Under the pieces are notes generated by a model that saw nothing but the letters and a program-made list of their open reading frames with translations, had not been told where the DNA came from and did not search any database. Positions 11,776 through 24,461 of a DNA stretch of 64,000 nt are shown one piece after another (positions within the stretch are counted from its first letter, which is position 1; each line of letters opens with the position of its first letter). The translations under genes and the position numbers were made by a program. The DNA is from Octopus sinensis. Lineage: Eukaryota. The stretch lies in NCBI RefSeq assembly GCF_006345805.1, contig NC_043002.1:18786001-18850000 (forward strand), written 5' to 3'.

Positions 11776-13130
11776 GGTTATACTTTAAGTGTTAAATAAT
11801 ATTTTGTCTGAATTCCTTGTGAATAAGGAATATCATTATTATAGAATTTAATCAGAATGGTGTCCTCGTTATTATGATAATAGCCACAGCGTTTAATGTG
11901 TTTAGCCTTCCGTACTTTACCAGGTGCCTTTCGTAATCCGTTAAGTTCTTGGAATATCGAACCACGACATTTATTAAACATTAGCTTAAAATCTACACAC
12001 CTTGCGGACTTTTAAGCTAGCTCTTGCGTGAGGGCTATTTGGGTCTGCGGCCAAAAACTAAAAAGAGAAGAATAGCAGGAATATAACGTCTATAATGACT
12101 ATGTGGCCCGGGGTGTTTGATCAGATGTTAAAGATGGATGATAATTAATTCTCTAATGCAATCATTCTATTGTTTCAGTCCCAAGTTGGATTCCAACAAT
12201 CGACCTGTTAGTCCCAAAGAGTTCTTATCTTGACGTAAAATTAACGAAGCGAATGCCATTTATCTCACCCTAGATCTGACAAATGCCAACCAAGATGGTG
12301 TGAATCAGCCAAACTTTACCCGCAAGAAATATCAACACGAATGCTTTTAAATCAGATCCCAATGCTGGATGTTCAAGAAACAAACGAAGGGCAGATGTTC
12401 AATCCCGGAATCATCCTGATTCCAAAAAGGTATACGGGTCCCTCACGGACAGACAATTTCGCTTTTATTACTATAGACAAGGATGCTCTCATTCCGTTTT
12501 CCACATCAGTGCTTTTCTCCTCTTAATATAATCTTACTATGTTCTTTCTGATGGAACTCCACTGGATAATGCTTGAGTGACCTCAAAAAAGGAACTTTGC
12601 TCCACTAACTCTTATATTACTCATAACATTTCATCAACGCTTATAACCACTGACGTTCTGCAGTTTAATTAACAATTGAAACTAGAATGTCTAATCCTTG
12701 CTTTTTATGGTTATAGATTTCTTTCTAAAATGAAGGTTCTCATATAGTATTCATCCTTTAGTTAGGATTACGAAGCAAGTTACCCTATTGCAGCATATAC
12801 TGCATGTACAGCGGTTCTTCCAGTAGTCGTAACTTCAAGTATTGCTTCTTATATTTTCTTTTGACTTTGTTTCACAAAGATCCCTGAATTCTTTTTTCCT
12901 TAATATGTGATCGATAAGGACTGTTTTTCTATCCTTCTAAGGGTCGAAATCTCTCACCTTTATATTTGTTCTCTCACACCTAATATATAAGACGGAATAC
13001 ACACAACTATTGGGCATCATAGCATGCTCTTTTGGGGTCTTTAAGAGAGACATTCTCGAAAATCAATAGTAGACTTAACACTTTACAGGAACCTTCATTT
13101 AAGAGTGAGAGAACATTTAACTTATGGCCA
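11776..13130 (+). mobile_element. Ancient decayed Penelope-like element upstream of the protease genes (copies 5800-6885 and 46690-48035)
   Basis: Weak motif order: MDD, PMLDV...KRYTG...NF...KDGLI (RT thumb-like), then VLIxYSSFSxDYEASY (GIY-YIG-like). Confidence 0.35.
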
Positions 13131-13956
13131 TAATAGATTTAGTTTTAAAGTCCCAGGTTCCATTGCATAATTGTCTTACACTACAACGGTACAAAGAATG
13201 TAAGTATTGATAAAACGTTAAGTGTAGTGACCAAGCTAATAAGCGTGAGTTCTATCCCTGGTCACGCAAACATATACTATACAGTTTGATTTAAGAGGAC
13301 AGAGGAAGCATCACATGTAAGAAGAATGACTAATGGGAGAATAGTCCTGATATGCATATTGAAATTAAATCGATCCATAGCTCCACGGTTCGGTTCGAAA
13401 TTCTGTGATGGTCACGGTATACGACAGAAACTTAAAAAGACTGAAGGGCACAACGGCCGAAACGTTATTACCATAGCAACCAAAATAAGGATACAAATAC
13501 CAATGTATATCCCTTTGTTTATTTTTGCAGGAAATATTTATAAACTGGAAATATCTATGCAACATTTACGGGTGATGGAATAATATTTGGATGAGTGGTA
13601 GAATAATATTTGGATGGCTCAATCCCTATAGAAATCATCTGAATGGTCAACACAATAAAATATATTTCATCACACAAAACACAAAAGGTAATCGTTTTTA
13701 ATGTATACATATAAAATATTGGAAATGCTTTGAAGTTATACGAATTTCAAGTATTACATTTCAAAAGATAGAAGTATTGAATAGAAATTAGAACTATACT
13801 TTACTGAAATAATTAAAAAATTTTTATTGATTTTAGATGACAACAAAAAATATCTTACATTAAAACATTTTCTGTTGTTCTTTGCTATATTGTTAGAGTA
13901 TTGATGGATGATTACAGCTGTTCTTTTCTCCAAGTTGTTCCCTAATGATACTCATC

Positions 13957-13993
13957 TATAAATACTACGCTCTCCATAACTCTAGCATCAGTT
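13957..13993 (+). promoter_or_regulatory. TATA box + Inr of protease B
   Basis: TATAAATA at 13957-13964 and TCAGTT at 13988-13993, canonical spacing, about 28 nt before the ATG. Confidence 0.7.
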
Positions 13994-14017
13994 CAATCTT
14001 TCTACACCAGTGCCACC

Positions 14018-14066
14018 ATGTTGTCTCTGTGTTGCCTTCTTGTTACGGTTGCTTCAGTTTATGCTG
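14018..14066 (+). CDS. Protease B exon 1
   Basis: GCCACCATG Kozak, hydrophobic signal peptide, donor gtaag at 14067. Confidence 0.92.
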
Positions 14067-17000
14067 GTAAGTCATATCTCCGGACGAGGGGGTTTTCCGT
14101 GATGAAACTTCAAAAGTCGTCTGCATTCCGGTTGATATCTTTGTTAATACTGGTTTCAGTGAATTCTACATACATTTTTAAATCATTAATTTCATATGAA
14201 AAGATAATTTGAAACTGATTTTTTAAATATATCACATTGTAGCGAAACTTCTGTCCATTTTTCTTAAAGTAAATATCTAGTTTAATTTAGGTGTTTAACT
14301 TCTCAGTTCTAGTTGAAATGCGACGAAATCATTGAAGAATAATTACTTTTCCTTTTCTTTCAGATTTGTTCAAGCTTGTCATAATTAATGTTGTTATATT
14401 GGCTCCGTGTTCACTCCTAGCAAAGAACGCTTTTCTTTATAAATTTCAAAATGGAAATAATGCAAGTTTAGAAACAAAATTCCCGCAAAACACTTATAGT
14501 GATAGCGTAATGACTGAAAGATCACTCAGAAAATGGTTTTAACGATTCGGATACGATGACTTCAGCCTGCAGGATCAATCAAGATTAGGACGTCCAAGTG
14601 TGTTCGGTCCTGGTGCATTGGAAGCCACTGTTGAAGCAAACCAGACTAATACGGTTCAAGATTTAAGTATGGACTTCACTGTGAGCCATACGATCATTCA
14701 TCGATCGTGAATTGAAAAGGCTTGGTTAAGTGACAAATGTGGGAAAATGGGTCCCACATGGTCTCTTTGCAGACAGTTACAAACAACGTGTCGACTGCTG
14801 CACTTCATTGGAATCTCGTGAACTGAAAATGCCTTCTTTGAATAGAATCATTACTGGAGATGAAAAGTGAATACTTTACCATAACGTAAAGCAATAACGT
14901 TATGGCTCAGTCATGATGAAGAACTAGCTCAGCAGCTCAGAAGTGGCCTGAATCCAAAACGAATGCTTCTGAGTGTTTGGCAGCATGTGAGTGGAATAAT
15001 TCATAGCGAACTGCTTGAGCATAATCAAACAATAACAGCCAATATATACTGCCGACATCTAAGACGTTTGGAAGCAGTGTTACAGCAGAACGCGTCCATC
15101 ATTAACAAACAGAAATGGAGTCATCCTACATCATGATAACGCGAGACCTCACACTGCATAAAAGTCCAAAGATGTCCTTGAAATATATGCTTGGAAAATT
15201 CTGCTCTACCAACAATATTCTCCGTGCCTTACACCTATAGATTACCATCTCTTTAGAAATTTACAAAACTGTTTGAGTGGATTAAGGTTTACTTCCAGAG
15301 CTGAGCTTAAAAAACGAGTTAATTTCATATTTTACTTCTAAACTTAAGGAATTTTATGAACGTGGCATTAGAAAGAGGTCACAGAAAAGAATAGTGACTA
15401 TATTAACGATTAAATAAATCAGATATTATTTTTCAATGTTTCCTTGAGCATTATAAAAACGATAATTACAAACTGATAATTAATTGTTACAAAATTACAA
15501 CCATTAAAATCACAATAGATATATTGTAGACATTCAAGAATGACTCTCCTAGAAATATATATATATTTTCGTTTCTGATTTTCCTTCAGCACCTGCCGAA
15601 CAGATCGTCGGTGGATCTCCAGCAGCTAACTGCGAATTTCCATCTATTGTCCATCTCACAATATTTAATCAGCCCACAGATAACATGGTTAGTCTATGTG
15701 GTGGTACTTTGATTGATTCTACACATGTATTGACAGCAGCTCACTGTCTGTAAGTATATACACACTACATATTGACGTCTTTATATCAATAATTCACATA
15801 ACTTGATGTAATATATTGATGTAAACACCTATAAAGTTTGGAAAGAATTATTTAGTGTATATACCAACATATATACTGGCTTTAATATCAGATTACAATT
15901 CACATTGAACATTATGTTTCCAAGAAACGTCCGATAATTGCCTTTCACCATTCTTCACATATTATGTTAATTACCCATTTTAGTTCGTGTATGTATAATA
16001 CCTTTCAGACCAACAACACCAATAGAATTATATTTTAGTAACACACACAGACTGTTCGAATAATAGTATTTAAATGAACAACGACTTTTGATAATAACAG
16101 TGCCGTTTAAAGAGACATATGTTATAATACGATAAAGGATAGACAAACGTTTTAGTATCGAGGAGAATTTCAAGCACATGACGATGTAAAATGATTACCT
16201 GTTAAAGATTATGTAAATTCTATTTGATTTTAGAGAAGGTCATGTCAGAAAAGTTAGAGTAAATATTGGTACCAACGACAAGCGGATTCGTGGTCCTCAG
16301 ACAACAAATGCTATTCAAATTATGAGTCATGAACATTACGTTCACCAACCCTACCTCATACGTGAGTATTACAATATCTTCATACACTTTCTTATAAATT
16401 TTCTCTTTCTTCTCACCATTTATCAGTAAATATCAGTGTTTCATCCACTGCAATTTAATGTCAGTATATCATAGCTATTGTTTTGGTGTTTTCATTTTAG
16501 TGTTTCTGCAAGAAATGTCTAAACACCGATATTTCTTCATCAGTATTTATCCCAGCTGCCATTATTCAGTCATTCTAGATCTTCTTATCTTAATTAAAGT
16601 TGTATGCCAAAGAATATCCGCATTAGCATTTCTCGGTAGTCACTACTACAGAATATAGTGATGTGGATTACAACGACGATGTATATGTATATATGCGTAT
16701 ACATACATACATACATACATACATACATACATACATACATACATACATACATACATACATACATACATACATACATACATACATACATACATACATGTAC
16801 ATTCCTACATACATACATATGGTAGACTTGTTTCCGTTTCCATCTACGAAATCTAATTGCAGGGATTCGATTGGCCGCGTACAACAATAGAAGGCACTTG
16901 CTCAAAGTGCCTATCCTCATCTGTACATATGTGTGTATGAACATGTGTATGTGTATGTGTGTCTGTGTGTATGTGTATGTGTGTATGTGTGTATGTGTAT

Positions 17001-20000
17001 GTGTGTCCCCATCATTGCTTGACAACCGATGTTGGTGTGTTTACATCTCCTTAAAATAGCGGTACGGCAATAGGGGCCGATAGAATAAGTACTAGGCTTA
17101 CGAAGAATAAGCCCTGGAGTCGATTTGTTCGACTAAGGGCAGTGCTCTACTATGGCTATAATCAAATGAAAGAAATAAACGAATAAAAGAAAGAAGATAT
17201 AATTGAAAAGGAAAACAACGCACTGCTAACACCAAAGATAGGATACAACATTTACTTAGAAGTTGTTATTATATCTGATAGTGCAAAAAAGAACTGTAAG
17301 TGGCTGAGCGCTCCACGGACACGTGTATCCCTTCATACTTCTCATGGAGATTCGGCGTGACACAGAGTGTGACAAGACCGGCCCCTTGAAATAAGGTACT
17401 ACTCATTTTTGCCAGCTGAGAGGATTGGCGCACCGTGAAATAAAGTGTCTTGCTCAAGGACACTACACGTTGCGGGAATCGAACTCGCGACCCTACGATC
17501 GCGTGCCATATACCCTAACAACTAAACCACATGTCTTCACAACTTCACAGTATGTTATGTTAACAAAAATACGGTGTCCTTACCAAAAGTCAATGCGGGC
17601 GCACGCACGCACACACACATGCACGCACACACACTCACACACACACTCACACACATATGTTATATTTTAATTGTTCCTCCGTGTGTTAACGTGGGCCTCC
17701 TAACGGCAAAGTAAATCCATATAATCAAGATGCCCTTGGCCTGAAAAGTAGCCTGAGGTAAACACCCCGCTTGGCTATTTACAATTTCCGAGGTTCTGCT
17801 CTACTCCATCTTTGATTCTTATTCGCATACCAGGCAGGCTTGGCTGCCAGCCTTGAAATATAAAATACTTTGTTTCAGCCTGTCGTACTTTGATACGAGC
17901 CCAATGTAAGGTTATTTGTCTTGTACGCTGTTCTTTCTTTTCATATACACCCTCAAATAATTCAACTTGAAAAACTGCTAGAATACATAAATCCAAGTAT
18001 ACTATTTCGCGGATATGTTCTCTGCAAATGAATCAGTATACACTATGAATTATTTTCCATTATAAGTCTCCTTTTATATATAAATTATTTTTGTATATTT
18101 CATACTCCATAAACAAATAAAAACTATTTTTCTTATATACAATGCACAATAAGCTTACATTAGTTAAACACTCATTACTTACATAATATTACTATATATT
18201 TCCCTCTCACCTTATGCCAAGCTAAATTCTTAACTCACATTTTTATTAATACATAAAAGGAAAGCATGGACATGCAGCCTACAAGAAACCCTCAGAATCT
18301 TTCCAGCTTGAACTTCCATAAGGCAAACTGGAAACAAATTGAGAAAGAGATCCTCAAACAACTGGCCTGAATGTCCTCCTCGCCAGACATCGACGTGAAA
18401 CTTCAACAATTCATGTCTGTAATACAAGCCATATGCTACAAATGTGTCCCAGAGAGAAAGGCCACTGTACACAAGAAAAAATCCACAGAAAGAGGAAAAT
18501 TTTAATGAGACGGCGTACAAAAATTTCAAATCGCCTAAACAAACAAATTGAAAGCAGTGAAAAGTCCCGCCTGAAAATAAAACTGTTGGAAATTGAAAAA
18601 TGTCTGCAACTCTTCCATGAAAAGGAAAGAACAGACATAGAAGCCTGGACTATAGACAACATATAATCTAACCCCAGAGCTTTCTACAGGTATGCCAAAG
18701 AAACAGCTACGGTGCACTGTAGGATAGGGCCACTCCTTGAAAAGGATGGCACACTCACAGGAAAACCAATGAGGGTAAGTGAAATACTGAATGAGCAATT
18801 CAAGAGTGTTTTCACCCCACCCTTTGGGCATTTCCAAATCAGCAATCCAACTGACTTCTTCACCACTGTAGATATGGGGTCAGAGGCGGCGATGATTGAT
18901 TACATCAATATGAAGGAAGACGATGTAATAAAGGCTATAGATGAAATGAAAACAGACTCAGCTACTGGCCCCGATGGATTCCCGGCAATCCTCCTAAAAG
19001 TATGTAACAGAGTCCTAGCAAGACCACTGCAGTTCCTCTTTCAGAGCTTCCTTGCAGCTGGCAAACTTCCAAGAAAACTGAAGGATGGTAAAATATGCCC
19101 TATTCATAAAGGAGGTAGCAGAGCGGAGGCCAAGAACTACAGACCTATCTCTCTGACCTCACACATCAGCAAGGTCATGGAACGAATAGTCAGAAGGAAA
19201 CTGATCACCTTCCTTGAAGAAAATGACTTGCTGACACCCAAGATGGTTTCCGACCAGGGAGAAGCTGCTTAACTCAGCACCTACAACACTATGACTGGGT
19301 GCTGAAACGACTGCTCAACCACTCAAATGTGGAAGTGATATATCTCGACTTTGCAAAGGCCTTTGATAAAGTCGATCATGGAATGATATGTCACAAACTG
19401 CGTGATCTCAGCATAGTTGGAAAACTGGGAGAATGGCTTCATGACTTTCTGAAAGATAGAATTCAGGTGGTAGTAGCCAATGGGGCCACTTCCATTAACA
19501 CGCAAATAGTGAGCGGTGTTTCGCAGGGCACTGTTTTGGGACCACTACTGTTCATAATGGCCCTCTCAGACATGCCCTCAGCCACGCAGAGAGCCACGAT
19601 CACAAGTTATGCAGATGATACAAAAGTTTCACAGGCAATACAGAACCCTGAGGACACTAAACGCCTGCAATGTGAGCTGGACAAAATATACAAGTGGGCT
19701 GAAAAGAATAGCATGCAGTTCAATCTGAAAAGTTTCAAGCTTTATACTATCAGCATGCAAACTAAATGCAATACCCAATGAATACCTGGACCCGGAGGAA
19801 TTGCAATCCCAGAGGCACAATCAGTGCGTGACCTGGGTATTACACGAGTGATGACGCAAACTTTCGTGTACATGTTGCTAAATTGGCAATGAAATGTAGA
19901 CGACTGGCCGGATGGATTCTCAGAACCTTTAGAACAAGAGAACAAGAAACCATGATGGTCCTCTGGAGGACACTTGTCCTAAGCCACTTTGACTATTGCT

Positions 20001-21725
20001 CTCAGCTATGGTCACCATCCAGTGTCAAGTTGATCACAGAACTTGAGGCGATCCAACGTAGCTACACGAAGAAGATAGCCTCTATGAAGAATATAAGCTA
20101 CTGGGAAAGACTCAAGAGATTAAAACTCTATTCCTTGGAGCGTAGGCGAGAAAGATATGCCATAATATACATCTGGAAGATCCTGGAGGGACTTGTCCCA
20201 AACTTTGGCATCGAGAGTTACACAAATGCCAGAACTGGGCGCCACTGCGTGGTGCATAGGACTCCAAATTTGCCATCAAGATGTAGGACAAGATACTGTG
20301 ATAGCCTGGGCTTCCGAGGCCCACAGTTCTTCAATATCCTCCCGAAGAACCTAAGAGACCTGCATGGGGTGGATGCAGATGTCTTTAAAATGAAACTGGA
20401 TCTCTTCCTGTCAGGTATCCCAGATGAACCAACTTCACGGCAGGAGGTGCAGATGAGGGCAGCTGCATCGAACTCTCTCATGCACCAAATGGCAGTTGCT
20501 AAAAAGCATTCGTGAAGTAAAACCATGTAGCAATACCAAATGGCGGTGCCCCAGCATGGCCACAGCTCATGAGCTGAAACTATAATCAATCAATCAATCA
20601 ATCATAGTCAACCCAATAAATATCAATAACTATAATATTTATTAAAAATTTCTAACTCTTCCTAGCTTTATTATCTTCCCTACATTATTAATTTTCAGTC
20701 TTACAATATCTATTATACCTCTGAACGTTCTTTTAATTTTTATATCCACAGCAAATATTTACTATTTTAATTCTGTAATATTAACAACTAATTTTCCTAT
20801 TTTAATTTTTTTTACCTTATATTTAATACGCACAAATGAATATAAGTTCTTACAGTAACACATTTCCATTATATGTAGCTCTTGAAATATTTTTATTAAC
20901 TCTTGTTCTCGTTGCATTCTAGCAGCCTACTATATAAATACATCCACTAGTTTAAATACATTCTCACACACAATTTTTGTTTTTAAATATACACCATATC
21001 TAATATTACTTAAAACTGTCAAATGATATCCTCATTCAAACATAATTATGCTTTTCCATTGGACACCTCTATTAAACTCCTATAATGAATGACTTATTTG
21101 GAGCTTGAATTACTTATCTACTTACTCTTCTATAGAGGGAACGTCTCTTAAACATTTTTTCACTCAAATTTTCAAATAACCGTTAACTGCATCAGTTTTA
21201 GTTTATACACAGCTAGACTCACATTCTTTAGCATGTTCTCAATTGTTTCATATGGATAAAATACACATATCCGAATTTGTTATCTGCTATCTCATTCATC
21301 AAGTCTACTGTAATAATAAAAATTTTCTGTTGTATACTTGTTGCACTGAGAAGAACAATGATATGTAATTACTTTAATTTAATCAAATTAGTTTTAATTT
21401 TTCTACCATGCATTTACATGATAATATCGCTGTTTGAAACGATCGTACGGTGCATTAAAAAACTTCTCTTCTCAATTTATTGAGTTTCTATTAGATACCT
21501 TTCCATAAATTCTCATAACACATCATATATAAGTAATATTTTCATATTCGCATAAATCCTACGCCAGTAAACTACCAGCAAAATATGAAGTATTTTTGTT
21601 AGAAATCGCCCTTTTGAGCCCTCCAAAGTAAAGGATGAAATATAATTCGACCTTTTCACATACGCGCACACTCTCTCTCACACACACATGTATATGTATG
21701 TATGTATATATATATATACATACAT

Positions 21726-21803
<78 letters not shown>

Positions 21804-21833
21804 GATATATATATATGTATGTATTATATATAT

Positions 21834-21877
<44 letters not shown>

Positions 21878-22805
21878 TAGATATATATATATATATATAT
21901 GACATACATACATATATATTCGCCTCTAATGCATAACAAGCTGGCATTTATATCCATTTTATACCTATTTTATTTTTGAAGAGAACGACATCGCCATATT
22001 GACTTTGAGCAGACCAGTCCGTGAAGTAGGATGTGTGAAATTTGCAACTATGGCCTATCCAGGAGAAACATTTGATCATAAAAGATGTATCGCTGCTGGA
22101 TGGGGAAATCTCTTTTGTAAGTATCAATATAGTTTCATCAAACATTCTTATTTGAATTAAATTGTTGTTGATCGATATTAATCATCACTCGATTTGTACT
22201 CCTTTCAGTCAAAGGAAATAGCCCTAACGAATTATATAAAGTGGCCCTTCCAGCTATTCCCCATGCTGTTTGTAAAAGAAGATCTAGGATGCGAATTGTT
22301 GACGGAATTCTTTGTGCCGGGGATTTCAGACCAGGTGGAGCATCTACTTGCCAGGTATACAGTATTGATACTATAGTATATACCTGTTTTAATATCTCAC
22401 TGATGCATCTCTCTATCTGTTGAACATACTTTTAGATGTGAGTGTGTGTGCGCGTGCGCGCGCGCGCGCGTGTGTGTATGCGTATTAATGCAATGATATC
22501 GGACACATTTTCAATTTAGTGAAAAGAAAACTGTTTATCACAATAAGAAAAGTACCCTGTTGTATATGTTGAACAAAAAATTATATTTCGTAAAATAATT
22601 CAACATCTGTGAATTTCAAGAACAATATATAGATATATTGTTTGTGTTTTCGTAGGGTGACTCTGGTGGTCCACTTTATTGTCCAAGATCAAATGGTGAA
22701 ATGGTGTTGGCAGGAGTAACATCTTTTGGACATAAATGTGAAAGACATATCAGTGCTTTCAGCGACGTCGGATATTTCCGAAACTGGATCGATAGGCACA
22801 CGTGA
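14018..22805 (+). CDS. S1A chymotrypsin-like serine protease, copy B (intact, 6 exons, 255 aa)
   Basis: Exons 14018-14066, 15590-15749, 16234-16361, 21982-22116, 22209-22354, 22656-22805 total 768 nt with consistent phases. Signal peptide [25 protein letters not shown] (His57), NDIAIL (Asp102), TCQGDSGGP (Ser195), VTSFG; AATAAA at 22876. Confidence 0.95.
14232..15480 (+). mobile_element. Decayed mariner transposon in intron 1 of B (copy in C 44337-45580)
   Basis: ITGDEK, HDNARPH and YSP motifs with stops; tattaggttg TIR-like end in C; absent from D intron 1 (about 250 bp). Confidence 0.8.
15590..15749 (+). CDS. Protease B exon 2
   Basis: PAEQIVGG...[28 protein letters not shown]. Confidence 0.95.
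16234..16361 (+). CDS. Protease B exon 3
   Basis: [43 protein letters not shown]; tttag/gtgag. Confidence 0.9.
18258..20602 (+). mobile_element. 5'-truncated CR1-group LINE inserted in intron 3 of B only
   Basis: [38 protein letters not shown]; one stop and two frameshifts; (TCAA)n tail; empty site atacataaa|catagtc in A and C. Confidence 0.92.
21982..22116 (+). CDS. Protease B exon 4
   Basis: [12 protein letters not shown]...[10 protein letters not shown]. Confidence 0.95.
22209..22354 (+). CDS. Protease B exon 5
   Basis: [16 protein letters not shown]...[16 protein letters not shown]. Confidence 0.95.
22656..22805 (+). CDS. Protease B exon 6
   Basis: [10 protein letters not shown]...[30 protein letters not shown]. 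Confidence 0.95.
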   Translation, partial: GDSGGPLYCPRSNGEMVLAGVTSFGHKCERHISAFSDVGYFRNWIDRHT

Positions 22806-22875
22806 GAAGTACTTTGATGAAGATATCTGTTATCAAAAGAATGTCAGCAGAATAATGTCAAACTATTGAGAAATC

Positions 22876-22881
22876 AATAAA
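22876..22881 (+). terminator. Polyadenylation signal of protease B
   Basis: AATAAA 70 nt after the stop; same position in C (38631-38626, minus strand). Confidence 0.6.
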
Positions 22882-23450
22882 TATATACGAAATGATTTAT
22901 GCAAATATTATTGTCATAATATTACAAGAGAATGTTTAACTGTTTCTCTTTAAGTGTTTATAGCGTCGGGAAAACGTTCACTTTACCTATTTCACTCTGA
23001 GAACGGTTAATTAGCATGTACGTTAGTTGAAACTTGTAGGCTGAATGGAGAACTGAACGAGATTTTCTTTCTATTCCTGACACTCTTTCAGTTCTGGAGT
23101 GGAAGGGGTTCGTGCACATATATACTTCTCAGCGTATCCATATAAATATATATTGAAAGAATAAGTAGAGATGGCATTTTTGAGGGGATAATTTTTTATT
23201 TTAATCTTAATAATAGTGATTACAGTGAGTGACCTAAGTTTCTGGATGATGTCTGTCCATCATATGCAAAGCAGAAGGAGCAGCAACGCTTCCAGACGAA
23301 TCGGTTGAAAAGATGAATTACGTCGGGTTATGTGAAGAAGAATTATAAAAATATTATGCAAACCACCTATCTTCTTTCCGCCACATCGACAAAAGTAATG
23401 CAACTAAGTTGGCTAGCCACGCATGGAGTTTGAAGGCCAGCTCCATACCA

Positions 23451-24461
23451 TTAGGTTGTTCCAAAAATAATGACCGATTTCTTAAATATAATTTTATTCT
23501 GGAAAAATTAACAATAGAAATGATTTGATTAGTCAAAGTATGAACCGTGAACATCTATGCATCCCTGCCATTGATCCACGAGATTATTTATGCTTCGTTG
23601 ATAAAAACGTATTGGCTTTGATTCTAAGAAATCTTTGAAAGCCGACTCCACTTGTGGATTGGGCCTGAAAGTTTTATCACTTAAAAATGTGTTTGAATGC
23701 TTTAAAAATGTAGTCAGTGGGTGAAAAATGAATTCAGAGGGGAATATGGAGGATGTGGTAAAGTCTCGTATCCCAAGTCTGTTAGTTTCTGCAGCGTCAT
23801 TCTTTCAACATGTGGTTTTGCATTATCGTGGGGCAGAACTGGGCCACACCGATTCACCCATGCAGGTCTCATTTTTTGCAAGTGAGCATGAATTTCAGCG
23901 ACTTGGTTGCAGTAAACCTCTGCTGTAATACTCTGATTGGCTTCCAGAAAGCTGTAATGGACAACACCAATTGCAGACCACCAGACAGTCAACACAATCT
24001 TTTGTTGATGCAACATTGGATTTGGGAAATGTTTAGGCGACTCATCACGATCAAGTCATCGATCTGATCGTTTACGGCTATCATAAAGGCTCCACGTTTT
24101 GTCACAAGTAACTATTCGGTCAAGAAAATGATCATTGGTGTTTCGTAGAAAGAGCATTGAGCACACTAGTGGACCCCTCTCCCCATGCTCTGTTGACATT
24201 GGCTGCAGTTTGGGAGGCATTGTGCCCAAGCTTGAACTCATGCAAGAAAAGTAAGCGAGGGGCCTTTTTTGCCATGTTCATAATTAAGGGCACCTATGCT
24301 TTAAGATTGTTTTCTCTCTGAGATAAGTAGGAAATTATTAAAGAGCATACATCACTTATTAACTATGCCGAAATTCACCTAAAATATAATTAAAATACTA
24401 TGATAAAATTGCGTTTCAAAATACAACATGAAGAGCGGCCATTATTTTTGGAACAACCTAA
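23451..24461 (-). mobile_element. Mariner transposon remnant with TIRs
   Basis: TIR ttaggttgttccaaaaataatg at both ends; DRIVTCDK, HDNAKPH, HPPYSP motifs. Confidence 0.9.

Larger units (their letters stand above)
11280..23265. repeat. Inverted segmental duplication, arm B (partner about 38250-49510)
   Basis: Upstream, intron and 3' flank sequences are reverse complements at >90% identity, apart from indels. Confidence 0.9.

Noticed and set aside
21340-21455. GAAACGATCGTA in intron 3 (also at about 39890) as a hammerhead
   Set aside because: The 3' half matches, but the upstream core is CTGAGAA and helix I is out of register; at most a decayed relic.
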